The notes beneath the pieces are model-generated. The model was not told the DNA's origin and ran no database searches. It was given only the letters and a program-made list of their open reading frames with translations. The position numbers were made by a program, and so were the translations under genes. Below are positions 62,002 through 64,000 of a DNA stretch of 64,000 nt, in pieces (position 1 is the first letter of the stretch; the number at the start of each line of letters is the position of its first letter). Origin of the DNA: Deltaproteobacteria bacterium (GTDB taxonomy: Bacteria; Myxococcota; Kuafuiibacteriia; Kuafuiibacteriales; Kuafuiibacteriaceae); the NCBI GenBank assembly GCA_040218735.1, contig JAVJQW010000061.1, positions 292,768 through 356,767 of the forward strand. Reading direction: 5' to 3'.

Positions 62002-62406
62002 GTGACGTCACCGTTCGACCCGCCTGCGCACACGTCCCCTGCATCTCCCGCGGCCGAGCCCGGCGTGCTCGTCTGGGCGAAGATCTACACGACGGTGATG
62101 GCGCTGATGAACCTGTGCCTCATCCCGGTGGGCGGCGCGATGTTCTTCATCGACGTGCCGCCCGACGACACCCCGCGGTGGATGTTCCTCGGCCAGGCCG
62201 TGTTGGTCGCGGGGATGGGCGTCGTGTTCGGGATCGGGAACCTCGCTCCGTGGTTCATGCAGCGGAGCAAGGCGAAGTGGATCGTCTACATCGTGCTGAT
62301 CGCTTGGTCGTGCACGAGCTGCTGCACGTGGCCGTTCTCGATCCCGCTCCTCATCTTCTGGCTCAAACCCGAAGTGAAGGCGTACTTCGAAGAAGCTCAG
62401 GCGTAG
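62002..62406 (+). CDS. Small hypothetical membrane protein
   Basis: Three to four hydrophobic helices; ends W.KPEVKAYF. Confidence 0.55.
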   Translation: MTSPFDPPAHTSPASPAAEPGVLVWAKIYTTVMALMNLCLIPVGGAMFFIDVPPDDTPRWMFLGQAVLVAGMGVVFGIGNLAPWFMQRSKAKWIVYIVLIAWSCTSCCTWPFSIPLLIFWLKPEVKAYFEEAQA

Positions 62407-62804
62407 GCGACGGGGTTCGTGAGCGCGCGTGCCGACGCACGGTCGGCGGCCGCCCCCATCGGATCGATTGGGTCACGCAGCTCGGCACGCAGCGCGAGCG
62501 CCGGCGTCGCGTCGACACCCTCGCGCGCGAGGTAGCGGTTGAGGCAGGCGATCGCCACGTTCGGTCGTCCCGCCGAAGCCTCGGCTCTCGCCCGCGACAG
62601 CAGGTGGTCGGGACGCTCCGGCGCGAACACCGACAACACCTCGAAGATCTCCGCCGCCTGCGCATGGCGCCCCTCGAACGAGGCCGCCTCGGCCAGCGCC
62701 TCGAGCCGAGCGAGGGCCTCCGCCCCGAGCCCGAACAGCGCACCAAACGCGATCCGACCTTCACAGGCGGCGAGGAGGTTCGTCAGGTTGAAGGGCGACT
62801 TCAT
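62397..62804 (-). CDS. Small TPR protein (SycD/LcrH chaperone-like)
   Basis: GR..QA.EIFEVL...P TPR pattern. Confidence 0.45.
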   Translation of the reverse strand: MKSPFNLTNLLAACEGRIAFGALFGLGAEALARLEALAEAASFEGRHAQAAEIFEVLSVFAPERPDHLLSRARAEASAGRPNVAIACLNRYLAREGVDATPALALRAELRDPIDPMGAAADRASARALTNPVAYA

Positions 62805-63619
62805 GAACCCGAGCCTAAGCCCGCCGCCGACGCGGTTCGATGACCGCGCGCTTACGTCGCCGAGGACGCCGCAGGCCGGCTGGCCGGCCGGAGAGCGGCG
62901 AACGGCCCCCCGGCTATCCGACACACGCTCTTGGGCCCAACGCCGTTCACCTGGCAGATCTGGCCACCTGTAAAGGCCGAAGGCGGAGAATGACGCGCCC
63001 GACGCACCTTGGAACCATCGCCCGACACTGGAGTGCCCCCGCCGGCCCACGGCCCGCGCTCCACGTAGGCTGGAGGACGGCGGTCGACTCCGCTCGATGG
63101 TCGGCGACACTCGCCATGCTCCCCACGTCGCGCTCGCTGCGCGGTCATCCCCCAGGTGGATCTTCGCGGCTTTGCCCGCGAGTAACCCAAGCCGCCTTCG
63201 ACGCGTTCACGAGACCATTGGATTTGAGGGTCGGATGATTGCGCCGGCGCCGGTCGAGGGCTGCGATGGACCGGTGAGATTCGCCGGCTGGGTAGGGGGA
63301 ATGGGCGGTCGCGCAAGTTGAGTTGCGGAAGAGGTTTCTTTCTCTCTCTTGGGGGTTGACGGAATTGGAGGCCCCGTCCGGGCCATCTCCTCGACGAACG
63401 CAGTCCGTTTCGAAGTTTTCGAGCTTGGACAGTCTTGCGGCGCTGACGGTCAGTCTTGCGCGTCCTCGCGGTTCGCAGACCGTCCTCCTCGCTCCGTGCC
63501 GAATCGCGTTTCGAGGGCTCGATGATACCTTCGATGCGTGAGCCCGGACCCTTGCAACCTGTCTTGCATGACCCAGAACGATCTCCTGAGCGGACTTCGC
63601 GAAGCGCTTCAAATGGAGC

Positions 63620-63727
63620 GATGACATCCAAGATGAAGTAGGCGAGGTGGCCGTCGGGCAACCAGTCCGATGGCGACGGCGGAAGGAGATGCGACTGCAT
63701 CGGCGACCACGGTTTGTAGGACTTCAC
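63620..63727 (-). pseudogene. N-terminal fragment of an IS1182-family transposase
   Basis: MKSYKPWSPMQSHLLPPSPSDWLPDGHLAYFILDVI resembles the IS1182 N-terminus; similarity ends after about 36 aa. Confidence 0.6.
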
Positions 63728-64000
63728 ATCAGCACGAGATCACGACGACGCTGCCGTTGGGATCGGGCAACTCGTCGAGCGGAGCGCAGACATCGGGCGC
63801 GGCGATTCCGACAGCCGGACCGCCCCGCCGATGCACCCAGGTACTGCCGAGCGTCGCAACGCGATCCCCGCGCCGGACGGTCGCCCGGCAAGCCGAACCG
63901 AGGTCGCCGCGCCCGATGTCGGAGCGGAGTGGGAGCCTGGGCAGCGCGTCGCATTGGCGGGGCGTTGGGTCGAAGCTCCACGGGTCACCCCACTCATCAG

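Noticed and set aside
62852-63727. 291-aa ORF as a full transposase
   Set aside because: Only the first ~36 aa look like IS1182; the rest has no DDE features.

Overview
High-GC bacterial DNA, most likely Myxococcota, judging from several C-terminal MYXO-CTERM-like sorting signals (GCxC, hydrophobic stretch, RRRR) and many lipoproteins. The left 36 kb is accessory and envelope DNA. It holds an ethylene-receptor-like histidine kinase cascade ending in a REC-REC-GGDEF-EAL protein, a ~235-bp palindromic element, and a five-gene minus-strand cluster (pentaheme surface cytochrome, Ig-repeat lipoprotein, QhpD-like radical SAM/SPASM enzyme, QhpB-like beta-propeller, degenerate P1B-ATPase-like protein). 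It also holds an LPP20/LpoB/CsgG-like lipoprotein operon and an ArsR-rhodanese/YeeE locus. From 36.6 to 54.3 kb lies the str-S10-spc-alpha ribosomal superoperon on the minus strand. It lacks rplC, rpsD, map and infA at their usual positions, and it encodes an EF-Tu with an atypical switch I. The right end has secreted proteases and hydrolases, an Rpn/YhgA-family gene with a likely internal start, and an IS1182-like remnant. The strongest hidden signal is in the YeeE/YedE transporter gene: an in-frame TGA at the conserved first Cys (RGAF-U-M), followed by a bacterial SECIS-like hairpin with a GGUC loop. This predicts a selenoprotein that the ORF track truncates. All family calls come from motif recognition by eye; no database search was run.
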